A stretch of 64,000 bases of DNA, taken from positions 35,409 to 99,408 of the forward strand of contig JBBKXN010000050.1 in assembly GCA_037969475.1 (NCBI GenBank), read 5' to 3'. The notes below the pieces were generated by a model. The model saw nothing but the letters and a program-made list of their open reading frames with translations. It was not told the DNA's origin and ran no database searches. Each line of letters opens with the position of its first letter. Positions within the stretch are counted from its first letter, which is position 1. Positions 46,496-56,962 of this stretch are shown piece by piece. The stretch comes from Pyrinomonadaceae bacterium (GTDB taxonomy: Bacteria; Acidobacteriota; Blastocatellia; Pyrinomonadales; Pyrinomonadaceae). Made by a program: the position numbers and the translations under genes.

Positions 46496-47146
46496 TTGAT
46501 GACAATTGAATTCTCCGAAATCGAAGCTCGAATCCTCGGCTGCCTGATCGAGAAAGAGAACACGACCCCCGATTATTATCCTTTGACCTTAAATGCACTC
46601 GTCAATGCGTGTAATCAAAAATCGAATCGCAATCCCGTAGTAGATTACGATGAATCGACCGTTGCAGTGAGCCTCGAATCTCTTCAGAAAAAGGACATAG
46701 TCTATATTTTCTACGGAGCCGGCAGTCGGACGCCAAAATATAAGCACTTACTCCCAAAGGTGCTCGACCTCGAAATCGCCGAAACCGCCGTTATTTGCGT
46801 CCTTATGCTCCGCGGCCCCCAGACGCTTGGGGAATTGAATCAGCGAACAAACCGAATTTACGACTTTTCCGGTCTCGATGAGATTAATCAAACGATCGAA
46901 TCATTGACTAGCCGGGACGAGCCGTTAGTTTTAAGATTGCCAAAGCAACCTGGTCAAAAAGATGGTCGAGTTTGCCATTTGCTGTCAGGCGAGGTCGACG
47001 TAGAAAGTATGTCATTTGAGACCCCGTCGAATGTCGGCGGGAGTAAAAATCGTATTTCAGAACTCGAAGAACGGGTTTCGACTCTCGAAAATGATTTAGA
47101 TAGTTTTCGAAGTGGATTCGAGGAATTTAAGAAGCAGTTTGAATAA
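46496..47146 (+). CDS. YceH-like (DUF480) protein
   Basis: EARILGCLIEKENTTPDYYPLTLNALVNACNQKSNRNPV is the characteristic DUF480 N-terminus. A coiled-coil follows at the C-terminus. Confidence 0.75.
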   Translation: MMTIEFSEIEARILGCLIEKENTTPDYYPLTLNALVNACNQKSNRNPVVDYDESTVAVSLESLQKKDIVYIFYGAGSRTPKYKHLLPKVLDLEIAETAVICVLMLRGPQTLGELNQRTNRIYDFSGLDEINQTIESLTSRDEPLVLRLPKQPGQKDGRVCHLLSGEVDVESMSFETPSNVGGSKNRISELEERVSTLENDLDSFRSGFEEFKKQFE

Positions 47147-47150
47147 AATC

Positions 47151-47182
47151 GAAGGAGGCTTTTTTCGGTCTCCCTCTTTTTT
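47151..47182 (+). terminator. Possible intrinsic terminator after the DUF480 gene
   Basis: Imperfect hairpin GAAGGAGGC-ttttttcg-GTCTCCCTC followed by TTTTTT. Confidence 0.4.
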
Positions 47183-47265
47183 AACTAAGTTTTCGATTTC
47201 AAGTATTCTACGCGGTTGTGAATATTCATCTTTACAAGATCACTTACTGTTAATTCAATGTTGCC

Positions 47266-47796
47266 CTAGTTTTTGGTCAAATCTTCAAACGCCAAATCCA
47301 CAAACTTAAAATGGCGTTCGTCGCCATCGATAAGTGCGCCATGTTTTTTGTAGAATTTGATAGCGGCCTTGTTCGATTTTAGAACTTGAAAATCCATTCT
47401 CGCCGCGCCAAAATCTTCCTTCCCAATCTTTGCGACCTCGCAAAGCATCTTTTCGCCAATTCCGCAGTTTCTATATTTCTGTGTGATGAAGATATCTTCG
47501 AGGTAAACACTTCGCTGCCCGCGAAAGCTTAAGAACGCCGGATAAAACAGTGCGTAGGCAATGGGAGTTTCCTGATCAAGAGCAATCAAAGCTCTTAGAA
47601 ATGACCGCTCGCCAAACATCGCATCATGAAGTTTTTCTTCCGTGATTTCGAGAAAGTCTGATAAATCCTCGTATTCTGCGAATTCATAAAGGAGTTTTAG
47701 GATTGAACCTAAATCGTTCTCCGCTGCGCGCCTTGTTTGTAGATCCATCGGACGTATCTTAGCAGAAGCGTGCAGTGCTCCTGCATAATTACTCAT
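47266..47796 (-). CDS. GNAT-family N-acetyltransferase
   Basis: Acetyl-CoA motif A region ITQKYRNCGIGEKML and the C-terminal FYKKHGA. The start is ambiguous (47796 or ATG 47748). Confidence 0.8.
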   Translation of the reverse strand: MSNYAGALHASAKIRPMDLQTRRAAENDLGSILKLLYEFAEYEDLSDFLEITEEKLHDAMFGERSFLRALIALDQETPIAYALFYPAFLSFRGQRSVYLEDIFITQKYRNCGIGEKMLCEVAKIGKEDFGAARMDFQVLKSNKAAIKFYKKHGALIDGDERHFKFVDLAFEDLTKN

Positions 47797-49282
47797 TCCA
47801 AGCCACTTGGCTTTTGAGGCGCATAACAGTCTTGTCCTTGCCGAGTTGTTCGATCGCAGAAACCATTGAAGGCCCTACACCTTGACCCGTTAGGAGAACT
47901 CTTGCGCCATTTAGCACAACACCGACCTTTGTGCATTTTTCTTCGCAGAAATCCTTTACCGTAGCGAAAATAAGGTCGTGCGCGAAATCTTCTAATGCCT
48001 CAAATTTTTCAGCTAATTCGGGCAGCCACGTCCGCAGATCGGGATGTTTTATAAGATTTTTCTCAATGGCTTTTGGATCATAATCAAAATCTTCAGAGAA
48101 AAACGCACGTCCTTGCTTGCTGAAATCCTTAAGCGTGTAAAATCTTTCACGGATAAGATCAACGGTTGATTCAAACCATTGTTTTTCGTCATCGTCGTAT
48201 TCTTCTCGCCAAAGTTTTTCATTTCGCAATTCTTCACGAACGAGCGGGACAAGAGCGTCAAGATCCATCGTGCGAATGTATTCGGCGTTCATCCAGATCG
48301 CTTTGTCATCCGTCCAGCGGCGTTCGTTATTTGCTTCGAAATTAAAAGTCGCATTAGATTGGGTTATTCTGTCGAGTGAGAATTTTTCGACGAGTTCTTC
48401 GAGCGAATAGATTTCCTGTTCTTCGCCAGCCGACCAGCCGAGAAGTGCAAGAAAATTACGAAAAGCACCAGCGATAAAACCTGCATCGCGGTAAGTCGTC
48501 ATCGAAACGATCTCGCCGTGAATTCGTTTCGATAATTTCTTTCCGCCGGGGGCGAGAATTAATGGAAGATGTGCGAAGGTTGGTTTTTCTTCGCCCAAAG
48601 CTTCATAAATTAAAATTTGTTTGTGCGTGTTCGTCAAATGATCTTGTCCGCGAATCACGTGCGTAATGTCCATTTCGATGTCGTCGCACATTACCGCCAA
48701 ATTATAAAGCGGATGCCCATCAGAACGCAGTAAAACTAAATCTTCAATGTCGGCGTAATCTCTTTCCTGTAAACCATAAACCGCATCTTCAAACGAAGTT
48801 TTGCCCGTTTCGCCAACTTTCAAGCGAATCGCAAACGGTTCGCCCGCTTCGGCACGTTTGTTGGATTCTTCTTTCGAAAGATTACGAAATTCGTTATCAC
48901 GCATATCTTTGTCGCCGCCTTGTTTGCGTGCTTTGTCGGCGATGTCTTTTTTAATATCTTTTGGCGAACGATCTTCCCTCGGCGTAAAATCTCGATACGC
49001 CTTGCCTTCTTCAACTAATTTCAAGGCGATCGCACGATGCTTGTCGGCGTTGTCAGATTGGTAAACAATCTTTTCATCGTGAGCAAATCCGAGCCATTTC
49101 AAGCCGTCGAGAATTGACGCAAGCGATTCTTCAGTTGAACGCTGCTGGTCCGTATCTTCGACGCGAATCAGAAATTTTCCGCCCGTATGTTTGGCAAAAA
49201 GATAATTAAAAAGCGCGGTTCGTGCAGAACCAATGTGTAAATAGCCTGTTGGCGATGGTGCAAATCTTACGCGGGTTTTCAT
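47789..49282 (-). CDS. gltX: Glutamate--tRNA ligase
   Basis: RFAPSPTGYLHIGSARTA (HIGH motif) and KLSKR (KMSKS motif). Confidence 0.95.
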   Translation of the reverse strand: MKTRVRFAPSPTGYLHIGSARTALFNYLFAKHTGGKFLIRVEDTDQQRSTEESLASILDGLKWLGFAHDEKIVYQSDNADKHRAIALKLVEEGKAYRDFTPREDRSPKDIKKDIADKARKQGGDKDMRDNEFRNLSKEESNKRAEAGEPFAIRLKVGETGKTSFEDAVYGLQERDYADIEDLVLLRSDGHPLYNLAVMCDDIEMDITHVIRGQDHLTNTHKQILIYEALGEEKPTFAHLPLILAPGGKKLSKRIHGEIVSMTTYRDAGFIAGAFRNFLALLGWSAGEEQEIYSLEELVEKFSLDRITQSNATFNFEANNERRWTDDKAIWMNAEYIRTMDLDALVPLVREELRNEKLWREEYDDDEKQWFESTVDLIRERFYTLKDFSKQGRAFFSEDFDYDPKAIEKNLIKHPDLRTWLPELAEKFEALEDFAHDLIFATVKDFCEEKCTKVGVVLNGARVLLTGQGVGPSMVSAIEQLGKDKTVMRLKSQVAWNE

Positions 49283-49373
49283 AACTATTAAATGTATTCG
49301 CAGTCAAAAATAAAAGCCACCAAACTTTAACATTTGATGGCAGTACAAAAAAAACACTAATCTAGGGTTGATC

Positions 49374-49465
49374 TGGCGGAGACGACAGGATTCGAACCTG
49401 TGAAGGGCTGTAACACCCTTAACGATTTAGCAAACCGCCGCTTTCAGCCACTCAGCCACGTCTCC
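49374..49465 (-). tRNA. tRNA-Ser (anticodon GCU)
   Basis: The reverse complement folds as GGAGACG/CGTCTCC acceptor, GCT..AGC D stem and anticodon loop TTGCTAA. It has a long variable arm AAGGG..CCCTT, T arm ACAGG-TTCGAAT-CCTGT, discriminator G and an encoded CCA. Length is 92 nt. Confidence 0.95.
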
Positions 49466-49729
49466 GGTTATTTATTGTTCTGCGCCCCCTTTTCAAGCTG
49501 ATAGGTTAAATGACGCAGAGAAACATTCTAGCCTTTGGGCGAACTTTGTCAAGTTTTAAGGCATCCCAGTCTCCAAAGATACGCCGATTTTTGACTTGAC
49601 ACAGTTGAAATAACATACCAAAATGGGCTGTTGTGAGAAATAGCCTTTAACATTGGGTCTTATTGTTTAGTTTTTTGTTTCCGTGGAAATAAGTTCTCCC
49701 GTTACTTGTTTAAGGAAGTACGACCGATT

Positions 49730-51490
49730 ATGCCATATAAAAGTTTAGTGAAAATATCTTTTGCGTTGCTGACCGCGTTTATTGCGTTTGTGATTGTTGC
49801 AGGTGAAGCCAAGGCGGAAGCTGTCGCGGAAAATGGCGGGGCACGATTCGGTGTGATTAAAGGCGTTGTACTTGATAAATCGGGTAAGCCAATTTCAAAC
49901 GCAACGGTTTCAGTTTTTAAGCTCGGAACTTCAAAACTTTTGAAACAGGTAACCGCGTCCTCGACCGGGAAATTTTTTGCAAAACTTGTACCGGGTACCT
50001 ACACGATCTTGGCTGTCGCTCAAGGATTTAATGCCGTTACGCTAAAAGAAGTTAAAGTTAATCGGGAAGCCGAATTGGTTTATGGATTTAAGCTCGAACG
50101 CTCGGGAAGTGGAAACACTCTTCCTGAAAAGCGTGCCGATAGGAACAGCGCAAAATGGCGAGTCCGGGCTCAATCTGCGCGCCGATCGATCTATCAGAAT
50201 CATGAGGGTGAATCTCCAATTGATACACCGGACGAAGCGACTACGGCTAAAACCGAAAATGTTGAGCGGCGAATTGGCGTCACCGAAAAAGAAGAAGACG
50301 GAGTTGGGCGTAAGGGTCAAACGATTGTTGAAACATTTGTCGCTTCAAACAATAAGGAGAGTTATACAGGATTTAACTTTGCAACATTGAGACCGCTCGG
50401 TGAAAATGCGGAGGTTGTTTTTGCCGGTCAGATTGGTAAGGGAAAAACAGCTCCGAAGCGTTTTGAGACAAATTTCACATATCGACCCAACGAACGTCAT
50501 CAAGTAAATATTCGAGGTTCGATTGCGAAGCTCGGGAAGTTAAATATCGGCTCGAATGATCAGGTGCTTTCTCAAGCGTCGGTTCAGGCGCTTGACCAAT
50601 GGAGCGTAGCCGAGGGTATTGTCGTAGTTGTAGGCTTAGATTATTCACGATTTTTAGGTGTAGGAAGCGATTCATCGATCAGACCTCGACTTGGTTTTCA
50701 ATTTGATATCAATTCAAAAACGCGGGTCAGAGCGGCTTACACGACACAAACCGAACAACCTACCTGGCAGCGCGTGATCGAACTTGAAGGCAATCAGGTC
50801 CTGTTTAGAGATCCGATTGCAATAGAAGATATTGTCGTCGAAAACGATAAGCCGCTGATGAATAAGAGCCGTCGAATTGAATTTGGCGTTGAGAGAATCC
50901 TGGATAATCGCTCAAGCGTAGAAGCGAATGTCTTTTTCGATTCTGCTGTTGGACGCGGTGTAGGGCTTGCAAAATTGCCTTTTGACGATCTGGGTGGGAC
51001 CGAATTTGGTGGTTTGGTGGCTTCGCAGCACGGAAATGCCCAAGGGCTGAGGGTCGTATATTCGCGGCGTTTGAATAATTTGTTTACAACGTCCGCTGGA
51101 TATTCATTTGGAAACGGTCAAAAACTCTCTCAAAATCTAATTTCAAATCCTGCTAAAGCTTTTGACAGGGAGTTTTTCCAATCAGTCTTTGGCGAGTTAA
51201 ACGCTTACTTTGAAACCGGAACGACCGTTAAAGCCATTTACAGACTTTCACCAAAGGCTACCGTATTTGCAATCGATCCATTTCAGGGACGATTGGCGAT
51301 TTATGATCCCGGCTTGAGCTTCATTGTTACTCAGGATCTGCCCGTATGGGGATTGCCGATCGACGCTGAGGCAGTTCTAGATGCGAAAAACATTTTGGAT
51401 TTTCAAGGTGGGGTGGAAATAAGCGAAGGGCTGCTCACGATAAATTCTCAAAAGCGAATTTTTCGCGGCGGTATCTTAGTCAGGTTTTAA
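49730..51490 (+). CDS. Outer-membrane beta-barrel-like protein with N-terminal carboxypeptidase-regulatory-like domain
   Basis: ATG 49730 gives a signal peptide. GVIKGVVLDKSGKPISNATVSV...PGTYTILAV is CarboxypepD_reg-like. The C-terminal part has alternating beta-strand patterns and ends in an aromatic residue (LVRF). Confidence 0.65.
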   Translation: MPYKSLVKISFALLTAFIAFVIVAGEAKAEAVAENGGARFGVIKGVVLDKSGKPISNATVSVFKLGTSKLLKQVTASSTGKFFAKLVPGTYTILAVAQGFNAVTLKEVKVNREAELVYGFKLERSGSGNTLPEKRADRNSAKWRVRAQSARRSIYQNHEGESPIDTPDEATTAKTENVERRIGVTEKEEDGVGRKGQTIVETFVASNNKESYTGFNFATLRPLGENAEVVFAGQIGKGKTAPKRFETNFTYRPNERHQVNIRGSIAKLGKLNIGSNDQVLSQASVQALDQWSVAEGIVVVVGLDYSRFLGVGSDSSIRPRLGFQFDINSKTRVRAAYTTQTEQPTWQRVIELEGNQVLFRDPIAIEDIVVENDKPLMNKSRRIEFGVERILDNRSSVEANVFFDSAVGRGVGLAKLPFDDLGGTEFGGLVASQHGNAQGLRVVYSRRLNNLFTTSAGYSFGNGQKLSQNLISNPAKAFDREFFQSVFGELNAYFETGTTVKAIYRLSPKATVFAIDPFQGRLAIYDPGLSFIVTQDLPVWGLPIDAEAVLDAKNILDFQGGVEISEGLLTINSQKRIFRGGILVRF

Positions 51491-51515
51491 TAATAAGTTT
51501 GAAAAACTGAATCGA

Positions 51516-51594
51516 AACCGCAGTTGATGGCGGATACAAGCTGATAATGACCCCACTTTATCTTTAGTAATCTGCAGTCAACTGCGGTTTTTTC
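51516..51594 (+). terminator. Long-loop inverted repeat with U-run downstream of the OM protein gene
   Basis: AAACCGCAGTTGA (51516-51528) pairs with TCAACTGCGGTTT (51579-51591), then a run of T. The loop is 50 nt, which is atypical for a simple terminator. Confidence 0.45.
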
Positions 51595-51762
51595 TCCATA
51601 ATCTTGGATTTATTGAGGAAATCTGGATGAAGTTTGTGCACAATTAGTAGTTTACTTTATTAAGGGGTTGATTTTAGGGGATCTTACTATTATCGAAGTG
51701 TTTGAAAATACTGGAACGGATATTGCCTTTTGAAGTAGAATGATGAAGTCTGTCTCAAAATA

Positions 51763-54723
51763 ATGAAAGGAAAAGTGCTTACAAGTTGGAGTTTAGTTTG
51801 GCTTTTGGCAACGGTGATGTTTGTCACTGTTGGAGCACTAAATCTTTTGCAGCGAGGGTATAATCAGCTTCCCCCGACCGACGGAGTTTTTTGGGTTCAC
51901 AAGGATGATGGGATTTACGCGGAGAAAGTGACACCCGGCCTCGCAGGTTCAAGAGCCGGAATTGCTGCGGGTGACAAGTTAATAGGAATCGGTTTTGACG
52001 ATGACAAGCTTGAAGAAAATGTGCTGATCAGCGACATTTATATTTACCTTGAGCAAGCCGGAGTTGGAGGAAATCTTACCTATCTTTATCAACGTCCTTC
52101 CTATTCTTTCACAGACAACTTTTATTATGCCGACCTAAGAAATATTGACACCCTTCCGCGTTGGACTCCGTCAATTATTTTACTTTCGATTCTTGGCGCA
52201 GTCTGGTTAGGAATTGGTGTTTTTGTCTTGTTGAAGCAGGGAAGCCGCTCGCCATTTGTCCTCCATTTCGCTTCGGTCTGTCTGCTGGCTTACGTATTTC
52301 AGAGTTACAAGGCAATTGGACTAGGAGAGGATTTTGACCTTGCAGTAAGGCTGCTTGACGATATGGCGTTCGCCTTTTTCGTCCCCTTATTTCTTCATTT
52401 TTGTTTGCGGTATCCCGTTAGGAGTGCGGTTTTCGATAATCCGCGTTGGACGACATATGTGCTCTACGTGCCGGCAGCTATTATTTCATTTGCGATCCTC
52501 TTTCTTTCGCTTGCCTATCATATTGTGCCGGGAACGGCTTTCGCGGGTTGGCTAGCGAATTTGACCGACCGATTTGATCTCCTCGGGAATTTGGACCGGA
52601 TCAATCTTTACCATTTCATCGTCGGAATATCACTCGGTGCCGGCGTTTTGATATGGCGATTCATCAAGAACAAGAAAACAATTGTTAGACAGAGGCTTAA
52701 ATGGGCGATGTGGGGAACTATCGTCGCCGTCGTTCCGATTCTTGCATTTCAGATCGGCAAGAGATTTGTTTATCTTCCCGAAGATGGGTTAACTGCGGCA
52801 CTTACGCTTCTTCCTTTGGCATTAATTCCCTTTAGTTTCGGACATTCGGTCGTCCGTTATCGATTGATGGATGTCGATGTAGTGGTGCGCCGTGCCTTTG
52901 TATATGCTCTTACGACCGTTGCGATTGCGGCAATGATCGGGGTTGTCGCGCTTGGATTAGTTTTCCTCGCGATGGGGGACAATCTTTCGACCACCGAGAA
53001 AGTATTGAGAAGTTTGATCGCCATTGTCGCGATGGCGGCAATTGTTCTTTTGTCTGAGCCCTTGAAAAATTTCCTGCAAGAACGAACAGAACGTTATTTT
53101 TATGGCGAGAAGTACGATTTAAGACGCGGTTTATTGGATTTTGGAAAAACGCTTTCTGCTACGACTACACTTGAACCGCTTTTGGATTCACTTAACGGGC
53201 GTCTCCAACAAGTGCTCGATGTGGAAAAAGTGGCGATGTTTATCGAAGATGAATCGGTCGAGGGTGGTTACAGGATCGAGAAATCGATCGGCTTGAGTGA
53301 TAAATACGAAATGCCTAGAGATTTTCGTCAGATGATTCGGCAAAAATCTGCGAAAAAGGGTGTTGTTCGTGCCGATGAATTTTCGATTGCCGAAATGGAA
53401 AGCCTTGGCGCTAATTCAGGTGGAAATGGGGTTGTCAGACAGGAGTTGCACTACTTTGTTCCGTGTGTAGTTCGTGGAAAAATGGTCGCTGTGATCGGTT
53501 TAGGACGCGCAAAAAACGGCTCTCTGCTTTCGTCTGAGGACATTTCGATCCTTCAAACGGCTTCAGGTTACATCGCTGTTGCGATCGAAAATAGTCGTCT
53601 TTATCAGGAGCAACACGTTCGAGCTGAAGAACTCGCATTGCTCAAAGAATTTAACGAATCCATTGTCGAATCCGTGAATGTCGGACTCATTGCGGTTGAT
53701 GAAAAAGGTTTGATCACACGTTGTAACTCGACCTTTGAGGAAGTGCTCGGATATAGCCGTGAAGACGTGATTGGCAAGCAAATCAAGGAAATTTTCGATG
53801 ATGGGTTTGCTCAAAAAATCGACGTTATTTTAGGAGAAGATCGTTGGCACCTGACAGAAATTCAAAACGCCTACAAGCTTCAAACCAAGGATCGAAGGGG
53901 AACCGCGTTGACTCTAAATGTTGCTATCGCACCGCTTAGATCAATGTCGCAGGATCAAAAAGGTGCGATTGTCGTGCTTGAAAACGTTACTCAAAGGGTT
54001 AAGTTTGAAGAAAGCTTGCAGCAAAGCGAAAAACTTTCGAGTATTGGGTTGCTCGCAGCCGGTGTTGCCCACGAAGTAAACACACCCCTAACGGGTGTTT
54101 CGAGTTATACACAAATGTTGATGGGAATGATTCCGGAAACTGATCCCAAACACGCTCTTTTAAAAAAAGTTCAAACACAAACTGAGCGCGCGACGAATAT
54201 TGTCGGGAATCTTCTCAATTTCTCTCGTACTGGAAACGCGACCGAGTTTACTGACCTTGATGTAAACCAATTATTAGAGGATACCCTGCAGTTGCTTGAG
54301 CCGCAGTTGCGAAAAGCCAGTGTTGATATCGTTAAGAATTACGCAGGCGTCCCACCGAAGATTTTCGGAAACGCAGGGAAACTACAGCAAGTATTTACAA
54401 ATTTGATTATCAATGCCCGGGATGCCATTCTAAATGGTGGCGAAATAACGCTTACAACCCAATACGAGGGCGACACAGAACTGTCCATCGAGGTTTCCGA
54501 CAATGGAACCGGTATCGAGCCCGAACACCTCAACAAGATCTTTGACCCATTCTTCACTACAAAAGCCGTCGGAAGTGGTACCGGGCTCGGAATGGCCGTA
54601 ACTTACGGGATCGTCCAAGAGCATTCGGGGACGATCTCAGCCTCTAGTAAACTTGGCGATGGGACAACCTTCCGCCTTGTTTTCCCGGTCGCACTCAACC
54701 AAACGCAAAGGGTCGCGAGCTAA
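51763..54723 (+). CDS. Multi-TM sensor histidine kinase with PDZ-like extracytoplasmic loop, GAF and PAS domains
   Basis: TM1 is followed by a PDZ-like [19 protein letters not shown] loop and about 6-7 further TM helices. Then come a GAF-like region, a PAS ([18 protein letters not shown]), H-box [11 protein letters not shown]1 DNGTGI and G2 GTGLGMAV. Confidence 0.85.
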   Translation: MKGKVLTSWSLVWLLATVMFVTVGALNLLQRGYNQLPPTDGVFWVHKDDGIYAEKVTPGLAGSRAGIAAGDKLIGIGFDDDKLEENVLISDIYIYLEQAGVGGNLTYLYQRPSYSFTDNFYYADLRNIDTLPRWTPSIILLSILGAVWLGIGVFVLLKQGSRSPFVLHFASVCLLAYVFQSYKAIGLGEDFDLAVRLLDDMAFAFFVPLFLHFCLRYPVRSAVFDNPRWTTYVLYVPAAIISFAILFLSLAYHIVPGTAFAGWLANLTDRFDLLGNLDRINLYHFIVGISLGAGVLIWRFIKNKKTIVRQRLKWAMWGTIVAVVPILAFQIGKRFVYLPEDGLTAALTLLPLALIPFSFGHSVVRYRLMDVDVVVRRAFVYALTTVAIAAMIGVVALGLVFLAMGDNLSTTEKVLRSLIAIVAMAAIVLLSEPLKNFLQERTERYFYGEKYDLRRGLLDFGKTLSATTTLEPLLDSLNGRLQQVLDVEKVAMFIEDESVEGGYRIEKSIGLSDKYEMPRDFRQMIRQKSAKKGVVRADEFSIAEMESLGANSGGNGVVRQELHYFVPCVVRGKMVAVIGLGRAKNGSLLSSEDISILQTASGYIAVAIENSRLYQEQHVRAEELALLKEFNESIVESVNVGLIAVDEKGLITRCNSTFEEVLGYSREDVIGKQIKEIFDDGFAQKIDVILGEDRWHLTEIQNAYKLQTKDRRGTALTLNVAIAPLRSMSQDQKGAIVVLENVTQRVKFEESLQQSEKLSSIGLLAAGVAHEVNTPLTGVSSYTQMLMGMIPETDPKHALLKKVQTQTERATNIVGNLLNFSRTGNATEFTDLDVNQLLEDTLQLLEPQLRKASVDIVKNYAGVPPKIFGNAGKLQQVFTNLIINARDAILNGGEITLTTQYEGDTELSIEVSDNGTGIEPEHLNKIFDPFFTTKAVGSGTGLGMAVTYGIVQEHSGTISASSKLGDGTTFRLVFPVALNQTQRVAS

Positions 54724-55539
54724 ATGCACGAGTTTGTCTCGTTTGATCATCAGATTCTCCCCGCAGAAAATTCAAAAATTCAGAGTACCTCGATCGCCGC
54801 GCTTTACGGAAAAGGTGTTTTTACGACTATTGCCATTCAGAATGGCGAGCCTTTTTTATGGGATAAGCATTGGTCCAGGCTAACTGCCAATGCCGAAACA
54901 ATACGTCTTGATCCCCAACAATTTCAAGAACAAAAAGTTTTAGACTCTCTTTATAAGATTGTCGAAAAAAATGGCGTTATAAATGGCAAATGCCGCCTAA
55001 CATTTTTTGATGAATCAGCTCCGAAACTCTGGCAGGCGGAAATGGAATCCCGATTATGTCTTTTGATTCAAACCGCTGATCGCCGCGAAGAAAAAAACCG
55101 TATTTCTCTTACATTTTCGCCTTTTCAGGTAAATTCGACATCGCCGCTTGTAGGCGTAAAATCCTGCAATTACCTCGCGAATACTCTTGCCTTGGACGAA
55201 GTAAAAACAAATGGGTTTGATGAGGCGATTCGCACAAACGAAAAGGGCCATGTCACTTCGGCCTGTATGGCAAATGTTTTTTGGCTTAAAAATGACAGGT
55301 TATTTACACCCGGGTTACAAACCGGATGTTTGAAGGGTACGACGCGCGAATTTGTTTTAGAAAATCGGGACGTATTCGAGGTTGAGGAAAAATCGGAGAC
55401 CTTGGGGGATGCGGACGCTCTCTTTTTGACATCCGCAACGCTCGGAATCGCTCAGGCCGGGAGTCTTGGGGAAATGAAATTCAGCGGCGAGCTGCATCCG
55501 CTAACACAGCTCTTAAGCGACAGTTCCTCCACAACTTGA
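54724..55539 (+). CDS. Class IV (fold type IV) aminotransferase family, aminodeoxychorismate lyase-like
   Basis: GKGVFTTI near the N-terminus, SPLVGVKSCNYL, TPGLQTGCLKGTTR and ALFLTSA are fold-type IV PLP enzyme motifs. The ATG directly abuts the upstream stop (TAAATG). Confidence 0.65.
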   Translation: MHEFVSFDHQILPAENSKIQSTSIAALYGKGVFTTIAIQNGEPFLWDKHWSRLTANAETIRLDPQQFQEQKVLDSLYKIVEKNGVINGKCRLTFFDESAPKLWQAEMESRLCLLIQTADRREEKNRISLTFSPFQVNSTSPLVGVKSCNYLANTLALDEVKTNGFDEAIRTNEKGHVTSACMANVFWLKNDRLFTPGLQTGCLKGTTREFVLENRDVFEVEEKSETLGDADALFLTSATLGIAQAGSLGEMKFSGELHPLTQLLSDSSSTT

Positions 55540-56532
55540 GCCGGAGCCAGCCGTACATCCAAAGCAATGGGCGTTGGTCATTATCTCTCGATCAATAAAC
55601 GTTTCAGGTGAAAAATCATATATCGTTTGGCCAACTTTTTCAGTTACCGGAATTTCAAGCATTTGATTGAAATCGCAATCGTATAAATTACCAAGCCAAT
55701 CAACGCTCAAGGTGTTACGGCACATTAAGCCTTCAGCCGTCGTTGAATTAAACGAATTGACGAGTTTTTGCATATAAGACTGTTCATTTCCGGAACGACG
55801 AAGCCAATCTAAATATCTCGCGATCGGCATATTTGTAATTGTGTATAAATTGTCGAAAACGATCTCATATCGTTGTTTCAATTCCCGCTTGAAGTCGTTC
55901 TCGATCGCGGTTTGTTCAGGAGGCAAAAATGCGCCAACGGGATTATAGACGAGATTTAACGTCAAACCACTTTGTCCAGTTCCATAACCCACCGCGTTCA
56001 GTTTTTTTAACGCTTCTACCGATTTCTCAAAAACCCCGTCTCCGCGTTGGGCGTCGGTTTGTTGTTGCATAAAGTATGGCAAACTACACACAACTTCCAC
56101 CTCATTCTCGGCAAAGAATTCGGCCAAATCTTCGTTTCCTGATTCAAACATCACGGTCAGATTATGCCTAACCATAATTTTCGCATTTGTCTTTTTTTTT
56201 ACTTCGGTTACAAAATAACGAAAGTCTGGGATCAATTCGGGAGCACCGCCCGTAATATCGAGAGTTGGGATTTCATGTTTAGCCAAAACTGCCAAGCACG
56301 CATCAATTGTTTTGCGCTCCATAATTTCCGTACGCGTTGGCGAAGCGTCGACGTGACAATGTTTACAAGCCTGATTGCAAAGTTTGCCGACATTAACTTG
56401 AAGTATTTCGACTTCAGCCGTGCGGAGATCCAAATTATTTTGTATCAACGTTTTCTCAAATGAAACGGGCGCAACGGGAAAAGAAGACCTGCCGTCGCGT
56501 CTCGTGATTTGTATCTGTGCGGTTGCTGTCAT
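55513..56532 (-). CDS. arsS: Radical SAM / Cys-rich domain protein, ArsS-like (arsenosugar biosynthesis type)
   Basis: GKLCNQACKHCHV (CxxxCxxC) and a C-terminal Cys-rich tail HCFGCTAGSGSSCGG. Its neighbours are ArsM-like, AhpD-like and DUF2064 genes, matching the described arsenosugar-associated gene set. Confidence 0.65.
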   Translation of the reverse strand: MTATAQIQITRRDGRSSFPVAPVSFEKTLIQNNLDLRTAEVEILQVNVGKLCNQACKHCHVDASPTRTEIMERKTIDACLAVLAKHEIPTLDITGGAPELIPDFRYFVTEVKKKTNAKIMVRHNLTVMFESGNEDLAEFFAENEVEVVCSLPYFMQQQTDAQRGDGVFEKSVEALKKLNAVGYGTGQSGLTLNLVYNPVGAFLPPEQTAIENDFKRELKQRYEIVFDNLYTITNMPIARYLDWLRRSGNEQSYMQKLVNSFNSTTAEGLMCRNTLSVDWLGNLYDCDFNQMLEIPVTEKVGQTIYDFSPETFIDREIMTNAHCFGCTAGSGSSCGGTVA

Positions 56533-56545
56533 AATCTGTTTTGCC

Positions 56546-56618
56546 CACGAAAGACACGAAAAAATGAGAATATAAGATAAATGAAATAATTTATTTCGTA
56601 CTTTTTCCTGTATTTCGT
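56546..56618. repeat. Intergenic phased-repeat / inverted-repeat element (CACGAAA core)
   Basis: CACGAAA occurs at 56546 and 56555 (9-nt period). An A/T-rich spacer follows, then inverted TTTCGT at 56594 and 56613. Confidence 0.5.
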
Positions 56619-56628
56619 TGGATAATTC

Positions 56629-56958
56629 TTACATTGAGATCTTATCGTGTACGTTATGCGATTGAATCCCGTGAATCAGACTCGCGCCTCCGCGAATTGC
56701 TGAAGCCAGATGCATCGCTTCGGTCATTTGTTCCATATTCGAACCATTTTCCATCGAACTTAGAGTATAAGCATCTATGCAATACGGACACTGAATCGTC
56801 ACAGAAACCGCCAACCCGATCAAAGCTTTTTCCCTTTTCGATAATGCCCCTTCCTCCTGGCACGCCTTGTACCAGGCCATAAATTTCTCAAACAACTCGG
56901 GTGCGTGTTTCCCGACCTCGCCAAAGCGTTCTAGATCATCTTCTTCGTAATAGCTCAT
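56629..56958 (-). CDS. AhpD/carboxymuconolactone decarboxylase-fold CxxC protein (arsenosugar-associated peroxidase-like type)
   Basis: 109 aa with ALIGLAVSVTIQCPYCIDAYT (CxxC in the AhpD-like helix). Confidence 0.7.
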   Translation of the reverse strand: MSYYEEDDLERFGEVGKHAPELFEKFMAWYKACQEEGALSKREKALIGLAVSVTIQCPYCIDAYTLSSMENGSNMEQMTEAMHLASAIRGGASLIHGIQSHNVHDKISM

Positions 56959-56962
56959 ATAT

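Noticed and set aside
45855-46598. 247-aa version of the exonuclease ORF overlapping the divergent DUF480 gene and the upstream peptidase gene
   Set aside because: The N-terminal 52 residues are Arg/Ser-rich and overlap the DUF480 coding start. GTG 46442 gives a typical exonuclease N-terminus about 25 aa before the ExoI DTET motif.
49283-49705. tRNA-Ser as an integration hotspot for a genomic island
   Set aside because: No integrase, no phage or IS genes and no duplicated tRNA 3' segment were noticed by eye in the flanks. The neighbouring genes are housekeeping (gltX) or typical core genes.
55513-55600. Selenocysteine recoding in the Cys-rich C-terminal tail of the ArsS-like radical SAM protein
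   Set aside because: All tail cysteines are encoded by TGC or TGT (…CAT TGC TTT GGA TGT … AGT TGT GGA GGA…). There is no in-frame TGA and the ORF ends at a normal TAA.
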